A DNA stretch of 64,000 nt, taken from the NCBI GenBank assembly GCA_010909165.1, contig MU008195.1, positions 248,001 through 312,000 of the forward strand, written 5' to 3'. Positions within the stretch are counted from its first letter, which is position 1. Each line of letters starts with the position of its first letter. The notes beneath the pieces were generated by a model. The model was not told the origin of the DNA. It saw only the letters and a program-made list of their open reading frames with translations, and did not search any database. Made by a program: the position numbers and the translations under genes. The stretch comes from Anthoceros angustus (Eukaryota > Plantae > Anthocerotophyta). Below, one piece after another: positions 1 through 14,000 of the stretch.

Positions 1-16
1 CAAAATTTGAATGCCA

Positions 17-700
17 TTAAGCATATATCCGTGCCCAAATGTCCATAGACATTGTGCACATGTCTGGTGATACCATGCACCTGATCTTCCAATGGCCTCC
101 CCACGATTCAGCGACCCGGCTCTTGATCTTGTCCTTCCTACACCGGCAGATCCGAGATCTTTGACACTGGCTGAATTGCTTGTTCACCTCCCACTTGGAT
201 AAGCCAGGTGCAACAGCCCAGATTTTCCGCCGCAGCTCTTCTTTCTTGTCCTCCACCAGCTCCCTCCAGCATCGCAATGTCCGTATGTCCGTTTGCACTA
301 GTTGGTGCACCATGTTCAACACCCCGCGCCACTCAAAGTGGGTGAGCCCTCCTCGGCGAGAACGTCTAACCTGAACTTCCGCCGGAGGTGCAGATCCAAG
401 CACCCCTGCCACAGGTGCTCCTTCCGGGAGAACGCTCTCAAGTAAGCGCTGAACCCCCTCCTTACCCACGGATGTCAAAATTCGGCGGAAATGGGCTTCT
501 ACCTCTCCTTCTGACAAAGGAGCCCTTCGGCTCTGCCGGAGGGCTCCAACTGTTGGCCCCTCTCCCTCCTCTCCTTCTTCCCCACCGGCTACCTCCCGCT
601 CCGCCCATGCTTCCCGCCGGTTGCTAAGATCTCGCCGAGCGGGCGACTTCATCGTGACACCCCCGCGTTGAGACTCGATGACTTCCTCGTCCGCGCTAGG
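17..700 (-). CDS. Possible TnpA-like / ORF2 fragment of the CACTA element
   Basis: The 3' part of ORF 17..1300 (FEWRGVLNMVHQLVQTDIRTLRCWRELVEDKKEELRRKIW...) looks protein-like. It lies downstream of, and co-oriented with, the Tnp2 transposase, where CACTA ORF2 usually sits. The family assignment is inference. Confidence 0.35.
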   Translation of the reverse strand, partial: PSADEEVIESQRGGVTMKSPARRDLSNRREAWAEREVAGGEEGEEGEGPTVGALRQSRRAPLSEGEVEAHFRRILTSVGKEGVQRLLESVLPEGAPVAGVLGSAPPAEVQVRRSRRGGLTHFEWRGVLNMVHQLVQTDIRTLRCWRELVEDKKEELRRKIWAVAPGLSKWEVNKQFSQCQRSRICRCRKDKIKSRVAESWGGHWKIRCMVSPDMCTMSMDIWARIYA

Positions 701-3700
701 CAAGTGCCCATATGCCCTTCTTCGCTGCAAGCCGCCATCCGCTACGGGTGATCCTCGCCACCGCCGATGGTCACCAGTACCGCCGCAGCCTCCAACCGCG
801 CCATTGCCATCGTCACAAGCAATTTGCGCAATTTGCGCGCTGCACTTGTTTCTCTCGCTGCCGCCGCAGCGCGCCTGCCGATGGTGTGTCCGTGTTCCCC
901 GTCGCCTCGCATCGCGCTCCGCCTGCGACCACACCACTGCAGTGGTTCCCCACCGTCGAGCCATTCCGCGTTCCACCTCTTCCAAGCTTGACCGGCGGTG
1001 TGGTCTTAAGTGCTCAGCTCCCGCACTTGCATATCCATGTTCACGCCTGGTGATCTCCACACCCTGCCTGCAAGTGTTCAAAATTTGAATGCCATTAAGC
1101 ATATATCCGTGCCCAAATGTCCATAGACATTGTGCCTGTTGTACGGTGGTACCATGCACCCTGATCTTCCAATGGCCTCCCCACGATTCACGAGCGCCCC
1201 CGCTCATGTGACGGCCGGCCCTTCCACGGCTGTCACGCCCTCTTGTACCCGGGCGTGAGCTCCTGTCGATCCTCTTGCAGCGCCCCATACAGCAGTGCAT
1301 GCGGCATCCGGTAGGTTCTATCGTGGCGGACCCTTCAATGTTCTCACCTCACCCGGTGGCGTGGGACGTAAGGTCGGTCAAACCAAGTGAGTTGAATGGT
1401 GGCGAAGGTACATAGTCTTGGACCGTCGCGACCGGTTCCTTTCCGATACCGCTTGTTTCCTGCCAAACATGGACTCGCAGGCCGATGTCCCCAGTTTCTC
1501 ATTGCATTGGAGCACGGCGCTTTCTGGTGACCCACCGCCAGCGGATGGCCAAGACCCAACCCCTGCCGGGCCGGTGGCAGTGCAGGCTGTGGATGCATCA
1601 GAGTCTTTCACGACGACCGAGTTGGTGTCGAACGCCTCCACCGAAGGAGGCGTCGCCAGTTCACGGTGGGAAATATGACCCCCGGGCCGGCCGTCGGCGG
1701 CCGATGGGGATGACGCTACAAGCCCGAACATGGAGAACTCGGTGAGCTTATGGCCGTCGATTGAAGTGCATCATTGTGTCTTTGTCTCCAGCGTGGGATC
1801 CGCGTCATTCCTCACCCGTTGCTCCCGACATGTTGGGGATGCATTGAGTGGGACGATAGTTGCTAGAAAGGTCCACACCTTGCGGTTACTTCTTTCCACC
1901 TCGAGGAGGTGCCTTGCCCTTCTCATGTAAATGTCGCGGCAAGTGAACGCATCATTCGAACCGAAACTTGGTGAATGCTTTTGTCTACTGCAGCAAGCGG
2001 GCGCTGCCGCCTCATTTTCTCTATATGCCCGCAAGGGAGTTGAACAATGCCCAAATCGCAAATCAAACATTGCAGTTGTGTCGATCGGTTGCCGCACGGT
2101 GTCCAGACGCTCTTGGGAAGTTTCTAAAGGCAAGTGTCACTCGCCACGCTTGCTGGCGTGTACTTCCTGCATCTCGAGCCGCTAGCGGAGCCTCGCTGGC
2201 CAGGGAGGCCGCGCGATTGCATTCCATGGACCAAGATGGTATTAGTGACTCCTGGGGTGACTATCCGTGCATTTAAGGCCTTTGTCTTCCTTGAGTATCG
2301 GTAATAATATGAGGTCCCCGTACGTTAATCCACCTCACATCGGCATATTCCCCACGATTCCCGACGGCCAAGGGTACTTCACCAAAAATTTTAGGGTTAA
2401 GTGATCCTTCAGCTTCGGTGCAAAGGGTGGGCACACAACACCCGGTACCGCATTTCGAAGCCCAAGGACAGACACCGCAGTTCTGTACCAAAGCAAATAT
2501 AAATAGGGTAATTGTTGTCTACCAAAGTCCGAGCGAACATGGGGTAGGGTTAAGAGTTCGGTTTAGGATTTAACCTGAGTTTGTGGTTTGACTGCGCATC
2601 GAATCTTCTTGACCACTCAAGTTCGCGCACACCCGTATGTGCCGCTCAGACCTTGTTGTGCATGTCCTTATAAGGCACGCGGGTTTACATTACATGTGAA
2701 GTGCGAGCTGCGGTCTCGGGCGTGCGGACACTCGTTCATGCCGATTGGGCATATAAGGAGGCACGCATTCCAGCTTACTTCTTGCTTTTCTCGAGCGGAA
2801 ATTTCTATTCGCTTGCCAGCAGTCTTAGCTTGCAGCTCTTCCTATTCCGATTGCCTGCAAGCATCGGCCTCTTCAAGGATCTTCTGGGCCTTCTCTTCCA
2901 CGAAGGGTTGCTCCTACGGGTCCGGGCTCAATCGCTGCCAATGTCTGGAGGAAATGGGCCGAGCACCCGGGATGGCTGGGCGGCAGAGTGCCTAGAACTC
3001 TACCGGCAAACCTGGGATCAGGCTTGGGCAGTTCGGAGGCTTCCAGAGCGCGATCCACACACGTCGGAAGCGGACGCGGACCGCCTGTTGGCGATGCAAT
3101 CCCCGTCGGAGGCGTTGGATTTCAAGCGTCGGATCATGGAGATGGGGCGGTGCATACTGAAGATTATTGCCCTCTCCGAGGCTCCGAGTCGGGCGCGCCC
3201 GGACCTGGGATGTGTCTTCCTTGACTGGATTGCATCTCGCCACGTCTTAGAGATCTTTTATAGAGCTGCCCAACGACGTTGTGGAGGCGCGCCATAGAGG
3301 GCCCTTTCAACCCGTCTTCTTTGCTCGGAAACGGCTTCATTTTGTTCATGTGCTAGCGGATGCCCATGCCGAGAAAGCTTGCGGTAGGCCCTAAATTCGT
3401 GCCTTTCAGCGGTTTAGTAAAATAAACCACCGTGGCTTAGCGCGCTCTCGTTGTGCCGTTGCTGGTAGTATAGGTGCGTTTATCCCAGTGGTGAAAGGAA
3501 GCTCGCTGTTCTCGGCACTGCGAAGGTGTGCCTGCGGCGTGGGCAGGACACGTTGTCTCAGTTCCGCTCATCATCGAGGTCGTGAGGGGAACTCCCATTC
3601 GCCATTGTATGAAATGAGGCACAAAGGCCGTTGGCTCCGTCTGCTTCCTCCTCCCCGTCTAATCCATGTGCCTGCTCTTATGGATGGCCAGGCGATGGCG

Positions 3701-3917
3701 CAACTGTGAACATGCTTGGGGTCAACCCGCCCATGCCTCCAGTCAAAAAACCCTCCCGTGACCGGCCGGAAAGCGTGAGTAGGTGCGCCCGGCCCAGGCG
3801 CACGGATGGCATGCACTACGGTACATGCAGAATGGATGGTCCTTGTGCATGGGGATTACGATTTGATTTCCGTATGCACGCGTGGCAGGTACTATGGGTC
3901 AAAAAAACGTCATGTCC

Positions 3918-6900
3918 CTATGCATCTGAATTTGGATAGTGTTTGGACCTAGTAGGGCACTCCGCGCAGACCTCCCATCCACGCTGTGAAGGGAGGTGCG
4001 AGGGATGAAACAATGCTTGTGTGACCTGGCCCGGGAATGTGCACGGACCCGCTTCATCGTCTCCATCCGTGTACTCATATTCTTTTCTGGTGTCCACCAA
4101 GAGGAACCCGGAAACATCATCTCGCATGGACACATTCTCCTCGCATTGGTACCACTTCACCTTGAACACAAATGGACGTATATGACCGCATTGGAGCTGC
4201 AGTATTTGTTGAATTCTACCACAGAATGTCTGCTCCACTTCGCCTGTTCCAACCTTCCACCGCTGAATGACCCCATTGTCCTGGGTTGCCTTCATGTGTT
4301 TATCTCCTTTTTCAGTACGGTAATGGTATCCGTAGGCACGTAGTGCACGATAGCTCTTGATTGTCATGCTCGGGCCCCGAATGAGGTCTTCAATTTCTGG
4401 TGTGAGGACAAGCCCTCCGTCCCCCGACGCGTTTTGTTCATCGCCGCACCGGGCCCAACGAGCCTCGCCGACACCTGCTTCCAGCCAATCGCGAAACGAG
4501 GGCCGGGCTTCCCGGCCCCCCCCATACGTCCTGGTACTGCTGAAGGAATAGGCGGAGGGGCTGGCTGTGTCTTAAAATATACGAGTGCACCTCGAAGTGG
4601 GCCTCTGCGGTCATCTCCTTGTCCTCCGGTTTCCCGATTCCTGCCATATCCTCCTCCAGCAAATTAGGCTCCGTCGTTGGCCGCCAAGATGTCCCGCCAT
4701 CGTGTATTTCGCCAAATATTATGCAATAAAACATGGCCTCTCATGCAATAACCCTCGACCATGCATGCCTGGATGAGCCATGTTTCGCACCATATCTTTT
4801 AAAACTTTCATATACCGTTCTATGAAATACATCCAGCAGACGAGGATGCGCCATGTGTCTCCACTTCATCGACCTGCACCACCATGTGTACTTGGATGTC
4901 AAAGAACTTGGCATAACTCTCCAATTGTGCCATCGTTTCATGAGCCACGCATTGCCTCGATTGCCTTTCAATCTCCCGCCTCCCGGAACAACCTCGCAAG
5001 CCCTGCGATGGGGTCATAGACTTCTCTTGGCAATGCACCGCGCAACACTATTGGCAGGTAGTACTCTAACACCTTTTTCCAGTCATGTGTTTTCAAGCCA
5101 GATAATTTGCCTTGTGTTAACTTCCGCCCTATGTGAGTTGAGAACCCTGTAGGCGGCCGGATCTTCCGCAACTGGTCATGGACCACTGGCATGGCCAAAG
5201 CTGGGATGACATACTCAGCAGCTTCAAATGTGGCATCCACCGTTCCGACGGCCACAAATGGGCTTTGGTGCACACCCCTGGATCCGCCATGTCCCTCCTA
5301 CATGCCAAGTCATCCTTTGCGCCCGTCAAGAAGCCATATAATGAGACAACCACGTTTTTGAGGGTGTGCATACCATCCTTTAGGTCACCGGGAGCAAATT
5401 ACGTGCATCTCCATGAGCGGAGTAAATTTCATCATTGCAAGCGATGAAATACACAAGAAAGCGAAAGGAAAGTAATCGCAACACACTGTTTATCTGCAGA
5501 AATCGCCGCCATCCACTTCTTTGTCACGTTCCACCGGCTGCTCTACGCTCGTTCACCGGTGGCCCACCTCTCCATCTCGAGACGACTGAACCCGGTGAGC
5601 AGGGAGGTGCGAGGATGAAACAATGCTTGTGTGACCTGGCCCGGGAATGTGCACGGACCCGCTTCATCGTCTCCATCCGTGTACTCATATTCTTTTCTGG
5701 TGTCCACCAAGAGGAACCCGGAAACATCATCTCGCATGGACACATTCTCCTCGCATTGGTACCACTTCACCTTGAACACAAATGGACGTATATGACCGCC
5801 TTGGAGCTGCGTGTTGAATTCTACCAGAATATGCTCCCGCCGCTGTTCCAACCTTCCACGAATGACCCCATGACCCCAGGTTGCCTTCATGTGTTTATCT
5901 CCTTTTCGACGGTAATGGTATCCTAGGCACGTAGTGCGATAGCTCTTGATTGTCATGCCGAATGAGGTCTCAATTTACGGTGTGAGGACAAGCCCTCCGT
6001 CCCCAGCGTTTTGTTCATCCGGGCCCCGAGCCTCGCCGACACGCTTCCAGCCAATCGCGAAGCGAGGCGGGCTTCCCGGCCCCATCGTCACTGCTCAAGG
6101 AATAGGCGGAGGGCTTGTGTCTTAAAATATACGAGTGCACCTCGAAGTGGGCCTCTGCGGTCATCTCCTTGTCCTCCGGTTTCCCGATTCCTGCCATATC
6201 CTCCTCCAGCAAATTAGGCTCCATCGTTGGCCGCCAGTATGTCCCGCCATCGTGTATTTCGCCAAATATTGTCTGCAATAAAACATGGCCTCTCTCATGC
6301 AATAACCCTCGACCATGCATGCCTCTGGATGAGCCATGTTTCGCACCATATCTTTTAAAACTTTCATATACCGTTCTATGAAATACATCCAACGGACAGG
6401 GGATGCGCCATGTGTCGCCACTTCATCGACCAGGTGCACCACCATGTGTACTTGGATGTCAAAGAACTTGGGCGGCATAACTCTCTCCAATTGTGCCATC
6501 GTTTCATGAGCCGGCAATGCATTGCCTCGATTTCGCTTTCAATCTCCGCCTCCCGGCCGGTGAACAACCTCGCAAGCCTGCGATGGGGTCATAGACTTCT
6601 CTTGGCAATGCACGCAACACTATTGGCGGTAGTACTCTAACACCTTCTTCCAGTCATGTGTTTTCAAGCGGATAATTTGCCTTGTGTTAACTTCCCTATG
6701 TGAGTTGAGAACCACAGGCGGATCTTCCAATCGGTCATGGAGGCATGGCCAAAAGGATGACATACTCGACTTCAAATGTGGCATCCACGTTTCATCCGGC
6801 CACAAATGGGCTTTGGTGCACACCCTGGATCCGCCATGTCCCTCCTACATGCCAAGTCATCCTTTGGCGTCAGAAGCCATATAATGAGACAACCACGTTT

Positions 6901-9900
6901 TTGAGGGTGTGCATACCATCCTTTAGGTCAGGGAGCAAATTACATGGAGCGCATCTCCATGAGCGGAGTAAATTTCATCATTGCAAGCGATGAAATACAC
7001 AAGAAAGAAAGGAAATCGCAACACACACTTTATCTTTGCGAAATCGCCATCCACTTCTTTGTCACGTTCCACGGCTGCATCGCTCCGTTCGGTGGCCCAC
7101 CTCCATCTCGAGACGACTGAACCCGGTAGCGGAGGTGGCGGTTTCAAGGCACCGTTGAAAAGATGTACGTCCGCGCTCCTCAATGGATGGTCCTCCGGTA
7201 GAAACTTCCGCCCTATGTGAGTTGAGAACTGAGGTAGGCCGGATCTTCCGAATCGGTCATGGACCATTGGCATGGCCAAAGCTGGGATGACATACTCAGC
7301 AGCTTCAAATGTGGCATCCACCGTTTCATCCGACGGCCACAAATGGGCTTTGGTGCACACCCCTGGATCCGCCATGTCCCTCCTACATGCCAAGTCATCC
7401 TTTGCGCCCGTCAAGAAGCCATATAATGAGACAACCACGTTTTTGAGGGTGTGCATACCATCCTTTAGGTCACCGGGGAGCAAATTCTGTGGAACGCATC
7501 TCCATGAGCGGAAGTAAATTTCATCATTGCAAACGATGAAATACACAAGAAAGCAGAAAGGAAAGTACTGCAACACACTGTTTATCTGCAGAAATCGTAC
7601 GCCATCCACTTCTTTGTCACGTTCCACCGGCTGCCATCACGCCTGCTCATCGGTGGCCCACCTCTCCATCTCGTAGACGACCAACCAGGAACAGCGGAGG
7701 TGGATGCACCGGTTTCGTTGAAAAGATGTACGTCCGCGCTCCTCAACGGATGGTCCTCTGGTAGAAACTTCCACGCCCCTTCGTACACCACCTTGTTCAG
7801 ATGTGGGGAGTACCTTGCATCCAAGTGCTTCCAACACATATGGCATGCCATGTACCCTGATGTTTGAAGCCCACACAAGCACCCCATGCCAGGGTAATCG
7901 GTGATGGTGTTCAGCACGCCGGCTCTGAGCTTGAATGCTCTCATTGGATGCCCAATTGGGTATGATGCGTCGATGGCATCCACTCCGATCCAAAGCCGCT
8001 GAAGGTCCTCGTACAATGGCTGTAAAAAGACATCAAGGTTTTCAGCCTTATGTGGGCCGAGTATGATAACGCATGTGATAATGTAATCCTTGCGGATGGT
8101 CTTCCACGGAGGAACATTATAGTTACGATCAAGCCACCTGTAAGTGGAATGTTTTGCCCAAATGGGTTGACCCCATCAGTGGAGAGCCCAAATCGAAGGT
8201 TCCGGTCTTCAGCCCCAAAGCCGTCAATCGCATCAAGAGCGGCCCAAGCGGGCGTGTCTGCCATTATGCTCATTTTGCCTTCATTACTCCTGAGACACCG
8301 GTGAGCCACACAATCACGGGAGAGCGAAGGCACCATATACATCCGCTGGCAACGCTTCACCAACGGTAAATACCACATCACTTTTTCCGCCACGGAGTTT
8401 TTCTTCATGGTGCCCTTCTTGAATCTTTTCAACCCACATTTCCAACACTTTTTGTATGTTTCATGCTGGCCCCTGTATAGCATGCAGCCCTTGGGGCACA
8501 CGTCGATGCGCTGGGAACCTAGGCTTAGAGAAGCCATGATCGTGGAAGCTTGATCCCTCCCTGCGGGCATGGTATTTCCATCCGGCAATATAGATTGATG
8601 CAGCGCTTGTATGATAGCGTTCATGCGCATGGCGATCTTGTGCACGGATGTCAAGCGGTAGCATGGTGGCGGACAGATCGAGTTTGCCCAAGAAACAATG
8701 GCGTTTGCGCTTGAACAATCTTCTCCATGGACCGGGCTTATCACCTTCCGCTCGCAAAAGGACTCTTCCCCCACGGCGGAGGCGTCATCATTGTCACAGT
8801 CAGCATCATCGGAGAAATCACTGACCTCGTCCGTGGCAGTGTCGGACGCATCCGCATGTTCTTGTTCCGGGTCGTCGCCGTCCACATCCTCATGCACATT
8901 GGCTTCGACATGCACATCCAGATCAAGGTCGATGGCGTCATGGTCCGCATGGATATGGGAGGGGGATGGGGTGCCCTCTCGACTTGCATCGACACCCTCA
9001 CCCGGGCCAGCCGTGCCAACAGCCAGGTAGTCGCGGAAGCAGTGGTCTAATCCAACATCCGCGGGGACACGTTTCCGTTTCTTACAAAATCGGCAAGGGC
9101 ACCATATGACATGCCCGGCTGTGCATTCCTCCATGCCTGCAGACACACGTGCCAAAGTGAGCGTGATAGAGCCCACACAAATGATGACTCGCAGGACGCG
9201 CCCTTGTCAGTGGTATTGGAAGGAGAGGACAGAGTTCCAGGCGTACGGGCAGAGTTTGCGTCGCGATCGAAGGTTTGGAGCCGTGGAAGCACCTGGGGGT
9301 ACACGGCCGCCTGCTCGGCCAGTGTCCAGATAGGCAGCTCCTTCAAACCCGCACACGCGCAGCTCCGCCCACAAGAACACTTAAAGCAGAAACGGGGGGC
9401 TGGTGTTGTAGTGATCTCGACAGCCAGCCATCGCGATGACGAGTTCTTCACGAAGACATGGCCACGCCACCGCCGCCTACACCTCTCAACGATGAAAACT
9501 TTGGTTCCCACGCTAGCCTTCGCTGTTGATCGCGCTGTTCAGCGTGTCCACTCGCAGGAAAATCCTGTGAAGTATCTCTCATTCCCAGTGTTGTCGTGCA
9601 TTGCAATTGACGCAGGAATCTTGAGCGATGGGCGGCATTCACGGTGGCGAGGGCGAGGAGGGCAGCAGCGCAGCTCCGGCATGCCGCGTGGCCCGGCACA
9701 ATGGGAGAGGGCCGGGGACACCGGGCGCAACCCGAAGAGGAGCACACGGGAGGGACCACCGGCAGTCCTCCCCGCGGGCGTGGTCACCAGGAAACGGGAG
9801 CCCGCGATGTTCCGGATGACTTCGCCCCAATCTGGCTGCCCGGGGAGTTCGAAGGCTGGGCCGCGCATTCGCAGGCCACGGTGGTAAGCACACGCCGGTA

Positions 9901-11007
9901 GAACTCCTATCCGCTGTCGGGTTCGGTGAAGTTAGCGGCGGGAAGATGGTCTAAGACAAGTTGTTTGTGCCGGTGGTCCTTGATGCGATTGGAATGCTTA
10001 GGCGTATGACCGTGCTCGTCGAGAGGCCTTCGCCGATCGATTCGGCCATTCTCGCTAGAGAGGCGATCCGTCGAGTGAAGAGGCCAAGCGTGTCCGCCAT
10101 TATGCTCATTTTGCCTTCATTACTCACGAGACACCGGTGAGCCACACAATCACGGGAGGCGAAGGCACCATATACATCCGCGCTTCACCAACGGTAAATA
10201 CCACATCACTTTTTCCGCCACTGAATTTTTCTTCATGGTGCCCTTCTTGAATCTTTTCAACCCACATTTCCAACACTTTTTGTCAGTTTCATGCTGGCCC
10301 CTATATAGCATGCAGCCCTTGGGGCACACGTCGATGCGTTGTGAACCTAGGCTTAGAGAAGCCATGATGGTTGAAGCTTGATCCTTCCCGGCAGGCATGG
10401 TATTTCCATCCGGTAATATAGATTGATGCAGCGCTTGTATGATAGCGTTCATGCCCGCATGGCTGATGCCGAACTGTGCCTGGATGTCAAACAGTAGCAT
10501 GGTGGCGGACAGGATACTGAGTTTTGCCCCAAGAAACAATGGCGTTTCTGCTGCTTGAACAATCTTCTCCATGGACCCGGGCTTATCACCTTCCACGCCG
10601 CAAAAGGACTCTTCCCCCACGGAGCGAGTCATCATTGTCACACCGGCATCATCGGAGAAATCACCGACCTCGTCCGTGGCGTGTCGGGATCCGCATGCAT
10701 GTTCTTGTTCCGGGTCGTCGCCGTCCACATCCTCATGCACATTGGCGACATGCACATCCATCAAGGTCGATGATGGTCCGCATGGATATGGGAGGGATGG
10801 GGTGCCCTCTCGACTTGCATCGACACCCTCACCCGGGTTAGCCGTGCCAACAGCCAGGTAGTCGCGGAAGCAGTGGTCTAATCCAACATCCGCGGGGACA
10901 CGTTTCCGTTTCTTACAAAATCGGCAAGGGCACCATATGACATGCCCGGCTATGCATTCCTCCATGCCTGCAGACACACGTGCCAAAGTGAGCGTGATAG
11001 AGCCCAC
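3918..11007 (-). mobile_element. CACTA/EnSpm Tnp2 transposase region (transposase-associated domain, Transposase_21, DUF4218, DUF4216), frameshifted and internally duplicated
   Basis: Motifs in order on the minus strand: CPCRFCKKRKR; IDVCPKGCMLY..CWKCGLKRF..KVMWYLPLVKR; RNLRFGLSTDGVNPF; NTITDYPGMGCLCG..GYMACHMC; FLPEDHPLRS; DGMHTLKNV; FFDIQVHMVVHLVDE..RWMYFIERYMKVLKDMVRNMAHPEACMVEGY; FCGRIQQILQL..VFKVKWY. No terminal inverted repeats identified. Confidence 0.92.
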
Positions 11008-14000
11008 ACAAATGATGACTCGCAGGACGCGCCCTTGTCAGTGGTATTGGAAGGAGAGGACAGAGTCCCAGGCGGACGGGCCGAGTTTGCGTCGCGATCG
11101 AAGGTTTGGTGCCGTGGAAGCACACAGGGGTACACGCGGCGCCGCGGCTGTCCGGATAGGCAGCTCCTTCAAACCCGCTGCAGCCCGCCCACAAGAACGA
11201 AAGCGGCTGGTGTTGTAGTGATCTCGACGGCCGCCATCGCGATGGCAGTTCTTCACGAAGACATGGCCACGCCGCCGCCTACACCTCTCAACGATGAAAA
11301 CTTTGGTTCCACGCTAGCCTTGTTGATCGCTCGTGTCCACTCGCAGAAATCACGTGAAGTATCTCTCATTCCAGTGTTGTCGTGCATTGCAATGTGGAAT
11401 CTTGAGCGATGGGCGGCATTCACGGTGGCGAGGGCGAGGCGGCCGCAGCAGCTCGGCATGCAACACAAAGCGTGGCGCCCGGCACAATGGGAGAGGGCGG
11501 GACAGGCGCAAGAGGAGCACGGGAGGGACCCGCAGTCCTCCCAGCGGCGTGGTCACCAGAACGAGAGCCGCGATGTTCGACTTAACCGCCACTGCCGGGA
11601 GTTCGGTGGGCCGCCCGCGCGCCGGGCCACGGTGGTAAGCACACGCCGGTAGAACTCCTATCCACCGGGTTCGGTGAAGTTAGCGGGAAGATGGTCTAAG
11701 ACAAGTTGTTTGTGCCGGTGGTCCTTGATGCGCTTGGAATGCTTAGAGCGGTGACCGTGCTCGTCGAGAGGCCTTCGCGATCGGTCCATTCTCGCTAGAG
11801 AGGCACCGATCGCAGTGAAGAGGCCAAGCGTCTGCGACTCATGGCGATCATCCGGGACCTTCGTGATTGTTGATGGCGGTGTGGGCGAGAAGTGCGGTGG
11901 TCCTTGATGCGCTTGGAATGCTTAGAGCAAGCGACGCGTCCGAGAGGCCTTCGCCGATGTGCCATTCTCGCTAGAGAGGCACCGATCCGCCGCGAGTGAA
12001 GAGGCTGCGACTCATGGCGATCATCCGGGACCTTACATGATTGTTGATGGCGGTGAGTGGGCGCGGCGTACCGGGCGACATTTATGTAGGCGAGCTCCTA
12101 TGCTGAAATTGTGTGTCATTGGGGGGTCCTGAGAGGTCTGCCCGCGATTGGCGCACCTAATTTGTCACCGTCCCTTGTTTGCCGCGAGGCAAAGTATGAA
12201 ATGGCAACACCACGCCTTTTTCTTTGTGCATTCTTATCGTTTGTGTTCCACGCCCGCAAACAGTCCCCAATGGCCCGTTCCAACCACTTGCACATGAAGC
12301 AGGCACTGTTCGTGAGAAGCACTCATCTTGCAGTGCCGAGCTGGCTCGCGGAGATCGGCAAAGTGAGGACCGAGTTTGTGAAACATCGCACGGGGACGGG
12401 GATGGAAAAGAAGCCTTCTGGCTAGGCGATGGATGTCATCCTCCCGATCATTGGTATGCACAAAACACATGAAGGCAGAATGACAACAGGGCGTGTCACG
12501 CCGCCCGCACCTGTCATATATCACGCCCTGTCAGGGCAGGCCAATGTACGATTTTGTACAGTCGCGCTCGGTGGGTCGTGCCAAGTGCGATGGAAAATTT
12601 CGCCGTTACGCACGCATGTAACATAGAGGCGAGGAACGGCGTGAAGTATCTCTCATTCCCAGTGTTGTCGTGCATTGCAATTGACGCAGGAATCTTGAAC
12701 GATGGAGCGGCATTCACGGTGGCGAGGGCGAGGAGGGCAGCCGCTCAACAGCTCCGGCATGCAACACAAGGCAGCGGCGCCGGCACAGTGGGAGAGGGCC
12801 GGGGACACCGGGCGCAACCCGAAGAGGAGCACACGGGAGGGACCACCGACAGTCCTCCCCGCGGGCGTGGTCACCAGGAACGCCGCCGGAGACGCGATGT
12901 TCCGGATGACTTCGCCCCAATCTGGCTGCCCGGGGAGTTCGAAGGCTGGGCCGCCCGCATTCTGGCACCGGAGCCCACGGTGGTAAGCACACGCCGGTAG
13001 AACTCCTATCCGCCGGGTTCGGAAGAAGCTGGGAAGATGGTCTAAGACAAGTTGTTTGTGCCGGTGGTCCTTGATGCTTGGAATGCTTAGAGCAAAGACG
13101 GCCGCGTTTGCCGAGAGCCGCCGATTCAGCCATTCTCGCTAGAGAGGCACTGATCCGCGCGAGTGAAGAGGCCAAGCGTCTGCGACTCATGGCGATCATC
13201 CGGGACCTTCTGTGACTGTTGATGGCGGTAGTGGGCAGAAGTGCGGCGCGCTGGCGACATTTATGTAGGCGAGCTCCTATGCTGAAATTGTGTGTCATTG
13301 GGGGGTCCTGAGAGGTCTGCCCGCGATTGGCGCACCAAATTTGTTACCGTCCCTTGTTTGCCGCGAGGCAAAGTATGAAATGGCAGCACCCTTTTCTTTG
13401 TGCATTCTTATCGTTGTGTTCCACGCCCGCAAATGTCCCCAATGGCCCGTTCCAACCACTTGCACACGGCGGTGCACTGCGAGAAGCACTCATCTTGCGG
13501 CCGTGGCTCATGGAGATCGGCAAAGTGAGGACCGAGTTTGTGAAACATCGACGGGGACGGGATGGAAAAGAAGCCTTGCTGGCGATGGATGTCATCCTCC
13601 CGATCATTGGTATGCACAAAACACATGAAGGCGAATGACAACAGGCGTGTCACGCCGCACTATCATATATCACCGTGGCGGGCCAATGTACGATTTTGTA
13701 CGCCGCTGGTCGTCGCGATCGAAAATGGAAAAGCCGCGCTGCACGCATGTAACATAGGGCGTGAACTGCTACTGTAGCCGCGCTGTGCACGGCCCAAAGT
13801 ATCTTCGACATCTTCGTGTTGCTTTCCTCTTCTGAGATTGCCGCGTCCGATGGCGTCCAGCAGCAGCGCTCCCAAAGTTCAGGAGGCGGAAGCCCATTCC
13901 ACTCCCCTGCCTCCTCCTCATGTTCAACTGTCGCCACGCATCGCAGCCATCTTCAAGCGAGAGCGGTGGAGTGGCCATGTCGAACCGCAGTCACCTGTCG

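Noticed and set aside
3918-11007. Transposase frameshifts as programmed recoding
   Set aside because: The indels differ between duplicate copies, which fits decay or consensus error.
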